Of a stretch of 57,384 nt of DNA, positions 1-8,727 are shown piece by piece; the first letter of the stretch is position 1; each line of letters opens with the position of its first letter. Under the pieces are notes generated by a model that was given only the letters and a program-made list of their open reading frames with translations, was not told the DNA's origin and made no database searches. Source of the stretch: a virus. Lineage: Duplodnaviria; Caudoviricetes. The DNA is taken from the IMG/VR virus record IMGVR_UViG_3300049596_000539, positions 1 through 57,384 of that record; one strand, 5' to 3'. The position numbers were made by a program, and so were the translations under genes.

Positions 1-127
1 TTGATTTTGTGCGAGATGACTTCACGAATCAGGTGTTCGGAAACATCAACGGTGCTCGAATTTACGATAAGAAATCCAGGCGTTGGTACCGGGTGCGCTC
101 GGGTACGGCAACGGCAGATCGCATTTC
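1..127. repeat. 127-bp terminal direct repeat (copy 1), circular assembly overlap
   Basis: 1..127 is identical to 57258..57384; it falls inside a CDS and 127 is a common assembler k-mer length. Confidence 0.95.
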
Positions 128-263
128 TTTCTCGGCAGATGATGACCTGACACACGGCGACGTGGACGCTTTCCATTCCTCCCGCACATACGGTGATGTG
201 CAACTAATCCTTGGTTCTTTGACGTACAAGCAAGCGGAGTTGGTGGGTCTTTATGCAGGTTGA
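1..263 (+). CDS. 3' end of the origin-spanning minor tail protein
   Basis: ORF 9..263 is the in-frame continuation of the CDS starting at 55829. Confidence 0.8.
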   Translation, partial: DFVRDDFTNQVFGNINGARIYDKKSRRWYRVRSGTATADRISFSADDDLTHGDVDAFHSSRTYGDVQLILGSLTYKQAELVGLYAG

Positions 264-918
264 TGATGTTTTCCCGCGCCGGAATCTTCCCGGTGAGGCG
301 GAGGTTTGGGGGCGAGACATAGAGGTCGCGACGAAGGATAATGCCCGGGGGGTCGCGATTGTCTCCCAGGAACTTGCGGGTCTTAACCGCTCCACGGCGT
401 CTTCTCTGGAGAGTCTTGCCCGGCAACTAGACCTCATCGCGGAACAGCAGGCGGGTATTGCCGCAGCCCAAGCAACCGCAGCGACCGCCCTTGCCGCAGT
501 ACCCATCGCTTCTCTTAACACCGCGAGTGCCTCCGGATTCACCCCCACGACTAGCTGGCAAACCATCGCCACAACTTCCGTTTCTTTTCCCGCCGATAAG
601 TCAACAGCTTCAGCACAGGCGGTGTCTACGGTGTCGATTATCTGGGACACCTCGGGTTCTGGATACCCCATACTTGCTACCCGCACTTTGATTTCTGGGG
701 CCGCAGGTGTCGAGATGGGGGTTGCGGGTCTTATCACGAGCGCAGAAACGACTACGGGGCGGCAAGCTGGTACATCCCAGGCGGGACGGATTTATAGTGG
801 GTCGGGTAGTGTAACCGCGGAAACACAGGTTCTCATCTCCGGCTACATCGGGAGTCCAGGATCTTTCAGTTGGACAACCAATGCGCAAGTCGTTCTGAAC
901 GCGACATTCACAACCTGA
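253..918 (+). CDS. Minor tail protein
   Basis: N-terminal coiled coil followed by a Ser/Thr/Gly-rich beta region; located in the tail module. Confidence 0.65.
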   Translation: MQVDDVFPRRNLPGEAEVWGRDIEVATKDNARGVAIVSQELAGLNRSTASSLESLARQLDLIAEQQAGIAAAQATAATALAAVPIASLNTASASGFTPTTSWQTIATTSVSFPADKSTASAQAVSTVSIIWDTSGSGYPILATRTLISGAAGVEMGVAGLITSAETTTGRQAGTSQAGRIYSGSGSVTAETQVLISGYIGSPGSFSWTTNAQVVLNATFTT

Positions 919-942
919 TAAACTGGATAATGGAGGCTCCCC

Positions 943-1629
943 ATGATAACCAGCCCAGACAATCTCTATTCGCCCGATTCCGCAGACGGTTATGATCTTA
1001 TTGCCGACTGGGCGACGAGCATGGATTCCGTACAGGATGCTCTTAATTCCCGGAATGCTCTTTCGGGAATTGCTTCGGCACGTCCCACCGCGGGAGTAGC
1101 CGGGCGGCGCTGGTATTCGACGGACACGGATGTTTCGTGGATTGACGACGGGACAGACTGGCTCCCGACTTCGTGGACCACGTACACTCCCACTTGGGCG
1201 GCAGCTACAACCGCACCCGCTCTGAACAACGGCACGCTCCTTGGCCGGTACCGCTACACGGATATCCACACCGTAGAACTCCGTGTGATGCTTACGTTCG
1301 GCTCCTCCACCACGGGCGGGGCGGGGGCATACACCTTCACGCTTCCATCAGGTGTTTCGGGTCAGACGGCGGGTGAGCAAATTGTCAGCGCGAAGACGTA
1401 CCAGGCAACGATCAACCGCAACTACTGGGGTTACGCTCAGGTTGCTACGGGATCCCCGACGCTCCTTCGCCCTCACTTCCCGGTAGGTCCCGAGGTTTCC
1501 GATTATGCGGCCATGCAGAACGCGAACTCTGGCGGCGGCAGTAGCACAGGTGTCCCGGTGGTTACAGGAAACTACTCGTACCTTTCCGGGTCAACCCTCG
1601 TCATTCAGGGCTTCATCGAGGTTTCGTAA
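943..1629 (+). CDS. Minor tail / tail fibre (receptor-binding-like) protein
   Basis: GGAGG RBS; RP..G..GRRWYSTDT...WIDDGTDW fibre motif, then a WTTYTPTW...GRY...GAYTFTLP beta domain typical of actinophage tail tips. Confidence 0.7.
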   Translation: MITSPDNLYSPDSADGYDLIADWATSMDSVQDALNSRNALSGIASARPTAGVAGRRWYSTDTDVSWIDDGTDWLPTSWTTYTPTWAAATTAPALNNGTLLGRYRYTDIHTVELRVMLTFGSSTTGGAGAYTFTLPSGVSGQTAGEQIVSAKTYQATINRNYWGYAQVATGSPTLLRPHFPVGPEVSDYAAMQNANSGGGSSTGVPVVTGNYSYLSGSTLVIQGFIEVS

Positions 1630-2540
1630 TGGCTTTCGCGGATCTCGTTGAGTTCTGGCGGGAAGTAAACTGGCGGCGTCCCTACGGGTTTCGATCTGCG
1701 GAGTACGGTACCGGGTACCACCGCGGTAAGGATCTCGCAGGGGGATACGCCAAGCCTGTTTACGCTCTGACTTCCGGAACTATTGTCAAGACCGGGTTTA
1801 GTTCCAGCATCGGTCACTACATTGTGGTTGATACGGGGCGGACAGGTGTTGAGCGGTACGAAATCTACTGTCATATGTTCGACGGGGAAGGCCCTAAGTC
1901 AGGACGAATTAACGCGGGGGACTGGATCGGTCGGCTTGCCGTTAAAGGGGAACGCACCGGAAGTTCTTGGATCGGAGCCCACCTTCACTTTGTTGTCACC
2001 GGCTTCATTGACGGAGCGTACAACACGAACCGGACCACAATTAATCCGGACCCTTACATCATTAGCGCTCTTACCGGAACGTCCGGTGGGGGCTCGGTAC
2101 CATTTGAACCGGAAGGATTTCTCATGGCTCTTGCACCCGCCCAGCAGGGACAGGTCTACGACGCCCTCATTAAGCACGGCCCCACGGGGGATTATTTCTC
2201 CACGGACGCCCTTATCGACATTGAGCGGAAAGAGAATCAGCCGCGCCTTGACGGGATTGTTGCGCGAACGGATGCAGCAAACACTCGCCTTGACGCGATT
2301 ATCGAAATGCTGAAGGTTCTGGACCCTGCGAAGGCAACCGATATCGAGGCGTTTGACGCGAAGCTCCGGGAGTCGGAGGCTCGGACAATCGCCGCAACTC
2401 AGAAGGCGGTAGAGGACTCCTCGAAAGCCCTCCGGACGGAACTGATTACTGCGCTCTCGAATGACCTGGAACTGGACACTGAGGCTATCACCGCCGCGGT
2501 GGACGACGCCTTCAGCAAGGTCTTCGTTCAGCCCACCTGA
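1629..2540 (+). CDS. Endolysin, N-terminal M23 peptidase
   Basis: HxxxD (HRGKD), YCH and HxH (HLHF) M23 motifs and INP; helical C-terminus; followed by holin. Confidence 0.85.
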   Translation: MAFADLVEFWREVNWRRPYGFRSAEYGTGYHRGKDLAGGYAKPVYALTSGTIVKTGFSSSIGHYIVVDTGRTGVERYEIYCHMFDGEGPKSGRINAGDWIGRLAVKGERTGSSWIGAHLHFVVTGFIDGAYNTNRTTINPDPYIISALTGTSGGGSVPFEPEGFLMALAPAQQGQVYDALIKHGPTGDYFSTDALIDIERKENQPRLDGIVARTDAANTRLDAIIEMLKVLDPAKATDIEAFDAKLRESEARTIAATQKAVEDSSKALRTELITALSNDLELDTEAITAAVDDAFSKVFVQPT

Positions 2541-2585
2541 AGAGCACTTTCCGGTGATAAACTAGTAGAGACAGAAGGAGAAACT

Positions 2586-2855
2586 ATGGCACAGGCCCCC
2601 GAAATTTGGTTCAAGACACAGCGCGTGCTCCGAACCGCTTTCACGACCGTACTCACCGCACTTCCGCTTATCCCCCAGATCATTCAGATTATCCAGGGCC
2701 AGTGGGATGCGGAGTGGCTGACGGCTATCGGTGTTCAGGCTATCGCAATCAACTCGGCCCTTACGGCGATTATCGCGATTCCGACCGTGAACACTTGGCT
2801 GACATACATCGGTCTTGGCTCGGTTCCGAAGAGTTACATCGAGCCGGTCGAATAA
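2586..2855 (+). CDS. Holin
   Basis: 89 aa with hydrophobic segments; RxxRT motif; immediately after the lysin; AAGGAG RBS. Confidence 0.75.
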   Translation: MAQAPEIWFKTQRVLRTAFTTVLTALPLIPQIIQIIQGQWDAEWLTAIGVQAIAINSALTAIIAIPTVNTWLTYIGLGSVPKSYIEPVE

Positions 2856-2970
2856 ACTTCCGACAAGGAAGAGAGGGCCTCGCTACCCCTCTAGGATGGT
2901 TCACAAAACGAACACGAAAGGAGATCATCATTACGTTCCCACAAAAGTGAGCGGAGGTGGCTGATCTCGA

Positions 2971-3004
2971 AAGGCCCCTAACCTGATTATTGGTTAGGGG
3001 CCTT
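2971..3004. terminator. Hairpin terminator between the convergent arms
   Basis: AAGGCCCCTAACC-N8-GGTTAGGGGCCTT inverted repeat. Confidence 0.75.
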
Positions 3005-3021
3005 CTCGTGCGCGAGGGGGT

Positions 3022-3756
3022 TTAGTTCGCGATCTTCACGTCACCGACCGCAGTCCGTGTGCGTCCATCATTCCACGTACCGCAGGTCTGACACTGGTAG
3101 CGGGGGTATTCGCCGTTGAGAGTCTTTGCGGTTCCCCGACTCTGCATATGAGTTCCGCCACAGTTACGACAAACGATCCCCGGCTTGTTAGTTACCGGAT
3201 GAGGCATCTTAATCCACGGCTTCAGAACCTCAAACAGTTTCTCCAGAAGATCAACGTCCCCCTTCTGGTATCGCCGCATCTTGTTCCAGGACTTCTCATC
3301 ACCGGCCATAACACCACGCCAAAGATCAAAGCCCCCGGTATCGACCTTCCGGCCCACTCCAAGCTCCTGTGCAACTGAATCCAATTTGTTCGAGGCAAAG
3401 GCAAATCGCTGCTTAACTACGCGCATGAGATCCACCTCTTTGTAAGGTGCGGGTGGCGTCAAGCCCTCCCGGATAAACTCCCGGTTTGCCATGCGGGTGT
3501 CGTACTTCGCACCATTCCATGAAACCACCATATCGGCTTCCAGGAGTGTGTCCCGGAGCGTGGCGAGCATTTCCTTCCGGCCCGCACGTTCATCTACGAC
3601 AACCGTCTTCTTTCCGTACCACTTAGTTCCAAAACAAAGCATTCGCTGAGTCTCATCTACAAACGTGTACGGGATGTTCTGATCCCACAGGCCCCAGAAG
3701 TAGCCCCGGTTGGGTGTAAACTCGGTATCCCAAAATAGAATCTTGGCGTCAGTCAT
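3022..3756 (-). CDS. DnaQ/RNase H-like 3'-5' exonuclease with C-terminal Zn ribbon
   Basis: ExoI (FWDTE), ExoII (SWNGAKYD), DL and ExoIII (YQKGDV) motifs; CxxC...CxxC; start overlaps the upstream stop (ATGA). Confidence 0.8.
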   Translation of the reverse strand: MTDAKILFWDTEFTPNRGYFWGLWDQNIPYTFVDETQRMLCFGTKWYGKKTVVVDERAGRKEMLATLRDTLLEADMVVSWNGAKYDTRMANREFIREGLTPPAPYKEVDLMRVVKQRFAFASNKLDSVAQELGVGRKVDTGGFDLWRGVMAGDEKSWNKMRRYQKGDVDLLEKLFEVLKPWIKMPHPVTNKPGIVCRNCGGTHMQSRGTAKTLNGEYPRYQCQTCGTWNDGRTRTAVGDVKIAN

Positions 3757-3986
3757 TCGGTTTCCTCCGAGACGTTCAGGACCGTACTTGTCCACCGGCC
3801 TAGGGCACCGTTGGGGAATTCTTCAAAATGGGCATATGCGGGCCTGCCCACACTGTCTAGCGTAAACCCGCCTCTAACCCACTCGTTATCAAAATCGTGA
3901 GGGTGGGACTCTGAAATACGTTTCCAACGATGCAGTTCGCGGTCCACGAGATAGACGGCGTTTTTAGTCTCGACTCTTAACGTCAT
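3753..3986 (-). CDS. Hypothetical protein
   Basis: GGAGG RBS, own extended -10 at 4005-4013, coupled to the downstream gene. Confidence 0.6.
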   Translation of the reverse strand: MTLRVETKNAVYLVDRELHRWKRISESHPHDFDNEWVRGGFTLDSVGRPAYAHFEEFPNGALGRWTSTVLNVSEETE

Positions 3987-4071
3987 GTAGTTCCTCCAGT
4001 TTTAAGCCTATCAGAAGGTTCCGCTGGTAGACTGGTATGTGCTGTCTTCAATCTCATAAGGAGTCTTTTCG

Positions 4072-4290
4072 TTGGTCACAATTTACACGAATCCCCAGTG
4101 CCAGCCTTGCCGGTTTACGAAAAAGCGACTGGATGACAGGGGGATTGAGTACCGGGTAGTTGATTTGTCGGAAGATCCCGAAGCACTGAAATACGTTACC
4201 GAGGAGTTGGGGCACCGGGAAGCACCTGTTGTCGTGGCGAACGGACTTCACTGGTCGGGACTTCGCGTAGACCTTATTGACGCGATCTAA
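4072..4290 (+). CDS. nrdH: NrdH-like glutaredoxin
   Basis: VTIYT..CQPC..TKK, APVVV and HWSGLR motifs; AGGAG RBS; TTG start. Confidence 0.9.
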   Translation: MVTIYTNPQCQPCRFTKKRLDDRGIEYRVVDLSEDPEALKYVTEELGHREAPVVVANGLHWSGLRVDLIDAI

Positions 4291-4469
4291 ATGTCCTGCC
4301 AAATGACGGAGAACGAGTGCATCCCCTGTGAGTGCTCGATGATCCGGTAGGTTTCCATCTCCACCGCGTCCTTTGTCGTAGCTGTTACCGTAAGGTCCAG
4401 GAACGGGATGTAGCTCAACCACTCCCCTCGGGCTACGTTGCTGATGTCTACCCGCACGTACGTTGTCAT
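4287..4469 (-). CDS. Hypothetical protein
   Basis: ORF in a tightly packed operon, ATGA overlap. Confidence 0.5.
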   Translation of the reverse strand: MTTYVRVDISNVARGEWLSYIPFLDLTVTATTKDAVEMETYRIIEHSQGMHSFSVIWQDI

Positions 4470-4705
4470 TCGATTTCCCACCCTTCCGCTTGAATAACCT
4501 CGGTAAGCAACAGGAGCGCTTCTCCCGCGTGTTCTGCCGTTCGACTCATATTCACGTCCTCACCTGTTGATAGCGCTCCGTAGAGTTCCGCAGTCCACGA
4601 AGATGTTGTGTGGTCCGTTCTCATGCCGTCCAACTCCACGTCATAGAGTTCCCGGCGGCTCTCGGTAAGCGTGATGTCCTTACGACGGACTGTTGGCTTG
4701 CTCAC
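4466..4705 (-). CDS. Hypothetical protein
   Basis: AAGGAGG RBS, packed operon. Confidence 0.55.
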   Translation of the reverse strand: MSKPTVRRKDITLTESRRELYDVELDGMRTDHTTSSWTAELYGALSTGEDVNMSRTAEHAGEALLLLTEVIQAEGWEIE

Positions 4706-4844
4706 GAAGAGCCTCCTTGATCTTGATGTCTACGTGCTCTTGAACAATTCGGAGAATAACCCCCATATCAAGTCCAATCATGGAGGGACTTTCAAAGTAA
4801 TACTCCGGCATCCCGTTCTCGGCCCATTCTTCTAGGAGCGTCAT
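4680..4844 (-). CDS. Small hypothetical protein (54 aa)
   Basis: MTLLEEWAENG...; fills a gap, coupled start (below the ORF-track cutoff). Confidence 0.45.
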   Translation of the reverse strand: MTLLEEWAENGMPEYYFESPSMIGLDMGVILRIVQEHVDIKIKEALREQANSPS

Positions 4845-5005
4845 CCTAAACTCCACCTCTCTTGTCCCGCCAGTATCGCGGCTTCAATCGCCCGCTGTTC
4901 GCTAGTGTAGTTCTCGCCCGCGGAATAGGCAACCCCGTTGTACTCCACGGTGAAATCGTACAGCGCGTATTCGTTCTCGTCTACTGTGATCGTCAGCTTA
5001 GCCAT
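4841..5005 (-). CDS. Small hypothetical protein (54 aa)
   Basis: MAKLTITVDENE...; fills a gap, coupled. Confidence 0.45.
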   Translation of the reverse strand: MAKLTITVDENEYALYDFTVEYNGVAYSAGENYTSEQRAIEAAILAGQERWSLG

Positions 5006-5684
5006 TCGCTTCCGTCCAATCGGTAATGAGGTTCCAGGTAGGCTTGTGTTTCACTTCACGGGCCAAGTAGTTCAGACCGTGTGAGATCGCGGACCTTGCG
5101 TCATTTGCGTCCGGTGCTCCCAGTTCCTTAGGCGTCACGTAGAAACCGGACTCTTTCAAGAACCGATCCCGGCGCTTCTTCTTGTCCGCCAAGTCTTTGC
5201 CACCTACAAGGTACTGGAGATTGGGGTCACGATACCGCTTCTCTGAGGGGCTATAGTCCGGCATCAATCCCTCCCAGACAAGTCCGCCTTCTACCCGGAG
5301 AGCCTCAAGACTCGCCGTCGTGTAAGAAAAGCCTTTCGTGTTCCGAGCCGTGAACTTCTCTGCAATAACAATGACGTTTCCAGGGACCTCCGCCTCCCAG
5401 TCATCTTCATTGTCACTCTCGTAGTTGTGCTCGATGTGGCCGTCAAAATCCAAAGGTCCGTCAACGCCCATTTTCCAGGAATAGAACCCCCGGGTGTTGG
5501 GCTCATCGTTGTAGCTATCCCAAAACGATCCCGACCAATATTTACGAATCCACGCCTTCATGCCCGCTACGCCGGTGCCAAACTGCCACGCCTTCTCCAA
5601 CCACGGAGCCTTATCCGGCTCGTACCCGATGAGCGCCACGCCACTTGAAAGGCCGGGATCAATGCTGAGAATGTATTCAGTCAT
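4998..5684 (-). CDS. RuvC-like (RNase H fold) resolvase/nuclease
   Basis: N-terminal ILSIDPGLSSG, central VIVIAE and C-terminal DANDARSA acidic motifs. Confidence 0.65.
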   Translation of the reverse strand: MTEYILSIDPGLSSGVALIGYEPDKAPWLEKAWQFGTGVAGMKAWIRKYWSGSFWDSYNDEPNTRGFYSWKMGVDGPLDFDGHIEHNYESDNEDDWEAEVPGNVIVIAEKFTARNTKGFSYTTASLEALRVEGGLVWEGLMPDYSPSEKRYRDPNLQYLVGGKDLADKKKRRDRFLKESGFYVTPKELGAPDANDARSAISHGLNYLAREVKHKPTWNLITDWTEANG

Positions 5685-5907
5685 AAACTCTAACCTCCAC
5701 CTCTTGGTCCTCCCAAACAGATGTTCCACCGCCGTCGATAAGAATGTAGTAGCGGGGGTATCTGGGGTCTTCGGCGTATACCTGCGTCCCGCCAAATGTA
5801 CCGTTTACCCAGTAATCCTCCCACCCGTCTGACCAATTGAAAGAGATTTTCTTGCCGGTCAGGTCGTCCCAGTCAGCGTGCCCCCGTTTGATTACGGTCC
5901 TACTCAT
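5677..5907 (-). CDS. Hypothetical protein
   Basis: GGAGG RBS, MSRTVIKRG start. Confidence 0.55.
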   Translation of the reverse strand: MSRTVIKRGHADWDDLTGKKISFNWSDGWEDYWVNGTFGGTQVYAEDPRYPRYYILIDGGGTSVWEDQEVEVRVYD

Positions 5908-6065
5908 TAAGAGCCCTCCACTTGATATTCCAAAGGTTGAATAGATCCCAGCTGGTGAGTCCCCTGAAGTTTGCAATCGCTCCCAAGCGAACAGTCTCCT
6001 CCACGTCATCAGGTGTCAAACCCAACTGCATGCACAGTGTTCCCATCGCCACGATATCCGCTCGA

Positions 6066-6317
6066 CTAGTCAATGACTTTCCGCCCCTCGACAAATCGCT
6101 GAAGATCCCACGAATAGACAACGCCGCCATGCGGAACTCCCCCACAAGCCTCACGGTATCCCCCCGTCTCGTGATTGTAACGACGACCCTCGCAGATCAT
6201 CATGGTTTGCCCCGCCATGAATTTTTCCAAGCGCTTAACGGTATCTACGTCAAAGATAGCATCAATCTGACTCCACGGGTATCCGCCTTCACATTCGGGG
6301 TCGGGTAGCTTGTTCAC
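6066..6317 (-). CDS. Hypothetical protein
   Basis: GGAGG RBS, packed operon. Confidence 0.55.
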   Translation of the reverse strand: MNKLPDPECEGGYPWSQIDAIFDVDTVKRLEKFMAGQTMMICEGRRYNHETGGYREACGGVPHGGVVYSWDLQRFVEGRKVID

Positions 6318-6472
6318 AGTTGCCCTCCCAGTCGGACCTTAATCGCGTAGTCTCGGAACGCCGTCCACGCTTCGATAGCCTCATCCATAGCATTGATGTC
6401 GTGGATTTCATCCTCATCGAATGACCAGTTTCCAACCCAGTAAATCCCGTTGTCGTACCGTACTTCAGCCAT
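6314..6472 (-). CDS. Small hypothetical protein
   Basis: MAEVRYDNG start overlapping the polymerase stop. Confidence 0.45.
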   Translation of the reverse strand: MAEVRYDNGIYWVGNWSFDEDEIHDINAMDEAIEAWTAFRDYAIKVRLGGQL

Positions 6473-8303
6473 GCGAAGCTCCAAACCAGTCGGTTGCATC
6501 CAAAGGCCCCACCCCAAGAGTAAAGTCGATAGGCTGCGAAACGTTTGTCTTCGGGTCGAACGTCATCGTCATCTTCTCCAGAATGTACTTCACTTCCGCC
6601 TCCACAACGTCTTTCGGGATAGACCACACTAGGGCGTCGTGCACTGTAACTTTAAGCCACCGTAGCACAGAAGGCCGGTCCCCTGCAATCTTAATGAGGC
6701 CCTCGAACAGAATTTCTCTCGTAGTGGACTGGCCGTGCAACGCTGAACTCTGGGTAAAGGAGCGCTCCGGGTCAACAACCATGCGGCGTCCCCATGCGTT
6801 CGTAACGTAACCCCGGTCCCCCTCTTCTGTAACCCGGTTCTGCCAGCGGTGAAGCCACGGGTAAGCCTTTTGGTAGTTCTCAATGAACGTCTTAGCCTCT
6901 GCAACCGAGACATCCAGCGACGTAGCGAGTTTCTTAGCTCCGACGCGGTAGGCTAGCGCATGGCCCCCCTGTTTCGCCACCGGCCTAAGTCTCGTCCGGT
7001 CTGCGTGATAGTCCTCAGCGCCAAAGAAAATCTCACCCGTCACGTCATGGGCATCAACACCGGGAAGTAACCGCTTAGCGAATTCTTCATCCCCTGAAAG
7101 CGCGGCAACTGCCCGAGCATCCGCGGCGGAGAAATCCATCTCCACCATCACGCATCCCGGGTCTGCCACGAAGTACCGCTTCTCAACGGCTCCCGGCCCT
7201 CGCGCAGTCCACACAGTAAGCCCCGGGCGGGTAACAGAGAGACGCCCCGAGCGCTGGAGGGCGGTAATCTCCGGGTGGGCACGTCCGTCCTCGTAGCAGG
7301 AATCAAGGGCGAGTTGCGCCAAGGAGCGCTGTCCCTGAAGCTCGGCCAAAGCGGTACCGAGTTCCTCCGCTTCAGTACCCTCCGAGATCGTCTTCATTGT
7401 CTCGCCCGAAAATGAGGGGGCATCCCCGGCGGTTCGAGTCCAGGTCTTGTTCTTCTCAGGCACGATACCGAAAGATTCGAACGCCTTAATGATGGCACCC
7501 TTGCCCGCGTTGGTCTTCCAGGGTTGCTTAGATTCAGTCGGCATGTCGAACTGCTCAACCAGCCACGCCATAATTTCTTCGCGGCGCTTACCCAACTCAT
7601 CAACGCGGGCCTGCGCTTCCTCGCGGTTGACGACTATTCCATTCCGGGTAATCTGGGCGTTGATGGCCCATACAAGCTGTTCACGCCACAGGTAGTCCCC
7701 CGGGTACTTCTGCCACTTCTGCATCGAAAGAAGACTCTGGTAGAGATCCCGAACAACTTCTACGTCCTGGACCGCGTACGCCCGGAACTCTTCATCGTTT
7801 ATGTCGGTAGCGCCGTAGTCGAGTTTGCTCTTGGGGGTCTTCGGCGGGTTGTACCTTGCGGCAATTTCCGACAGGTCTCCGAGCTTACCCGAGAGCCCCA
7901 GGTTGAACGCTTGGTTATCGAGACTCAGCCACTTAAGCGCCTTTTCGGGCTTAGCGCCATCGAAGAACGTGTGTCCCGCCCGGGTTGTAAAAGAGTAAGG
8001 GGCCGGGTTTAGCAGTGCGGCCAAGCACATCGTGTCGATCACGCGGTTCTGGAGCGTCATTTCCAGCGGCTCCATCGAGTCCACTCCAAAGAGCACCGAC
8101 AAATCAAAACTATGGATATTATGCCCAATCACATAATCCGCAGATCGGAGCACAGAAATGATCTCATCGTAGTCTTCGGTGAGAATCACAGGACCCCCGT
8201 TGATCGCGTACTGGTAGAGCCTCCCGAACTCACGGGGGGACATGCTGTAGCGCTTCTCCACGCCGTGCGACTCGATGTCGAAGAATACGTGACGCTTACT
8301 CAC
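6465..8303 (-). CDS. DNA polymerase, family A, with 3'-5' exonuclease
   Basis: FFDIES, GHNIHSFD and YAVQD exo motifs; motif A DFSAADAR, motif B RxxAKxxxHxxxY, motif C VHD; SGRLS. Confidence 0.95.
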   Translation of the reverse strand: MSKRHVFFDIESHGVEKRYSMSPREFGRLYQYAINGGPVILTEDYDEIISVLRSADYVIGHNIHSFDLSVLFGVDSMEPLEMTLQNRVIDTMCLAALLNPAPYSFTTRAGHTFFDGAKPEKALKWLSLDNQAFNLGLSGKLGDLSEIAARYNPPKTPKSKLDYGATDINDEEFRAYAVQDVEVVRDLYQSLLSMQKWQKYPGDYLWREQLVWAINAQITRNGIVVNREEAQARVDELGKRREEIMAWLVEQFDMPTESKQPWKTNAGKGAIIKAFESFGIVPEKNKTWTRTAGDAPSFSGETMKTISEGTEAEELGTALAELQGQRSLAQLALDSCYEDGRAHPEITALQRSGRLSVTRPGLTVWTARGPGAVEKRYFVADPGCVMVEMDFSAADARAVAALSGDEEFAKRLLPGVDAHDVTGEIFFGAEDYHADRTRLRPVAKQGGHALAYRVGAKKLATSLDVSVAEAKTFIENYQKAYPWLHRWQNRVTEEGDRGYVTNAWGRRMVVDPERSFTQSSALHGQSTTREILFEGLIKIAGDRPSVLRWLKVTVHDALVWSIPKDVVEAEVKYILEKMTMTFDPKTNVSQPIDFTLGVGPLDATDWFGASHG

Positions 8304-8460
8304 TTGATAACCCCCAGCAAGCCTGAATCATAGTCGGCGGTCCAAATCCCCATGCAGGGGTGCGGGTACCTGCAATACGGGCTCACGCACTCTGCCCAGG
8401 AGGTGTTGACCATGAGGATTCCGGCCTTACAGTTGGGGCACACGCCATCATAGTTTTTCG

Positions 8461-8727
8461 TCACGTCTTCCCCCTCCTCGTGCTCATGTTACCGTGATTG
8501 TCGATCCGCCGCAAGTCCTGATTTACCTGCCGGATGATCTGGGCTTCTCCGCCCCCGCCTACTCTAAAAGGGCGATAGTCTGGAAAATGCCTGCGAACGC
8601 TACGGTAATCGATGCCTAAAGTCCGACGAATTTCAGTCAAACTGACACCGCTCGCCACCAGTTCTTGAAGCGCCTTCCACTTTTCAGGGTTGCGGCGGAT
8701 GTCCTGCGAATTGATCTTTTCACTCAT
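8461..8727 (-). CDS. Helix-turn-helix DNA-binding protein
   Basis: GVSLTEIRRTLGIDYRSVRRH HTH pattern. Confidence 0.7.
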   Translation of the reverse strand: MSEKINSQDIRRNPEKWKALQELVASGVSLTEIRRTLGIDYRSVRRHFPDYRPFRVGGGGEAQIIRQVNQDLRRIDNHGNMSTRRGKT

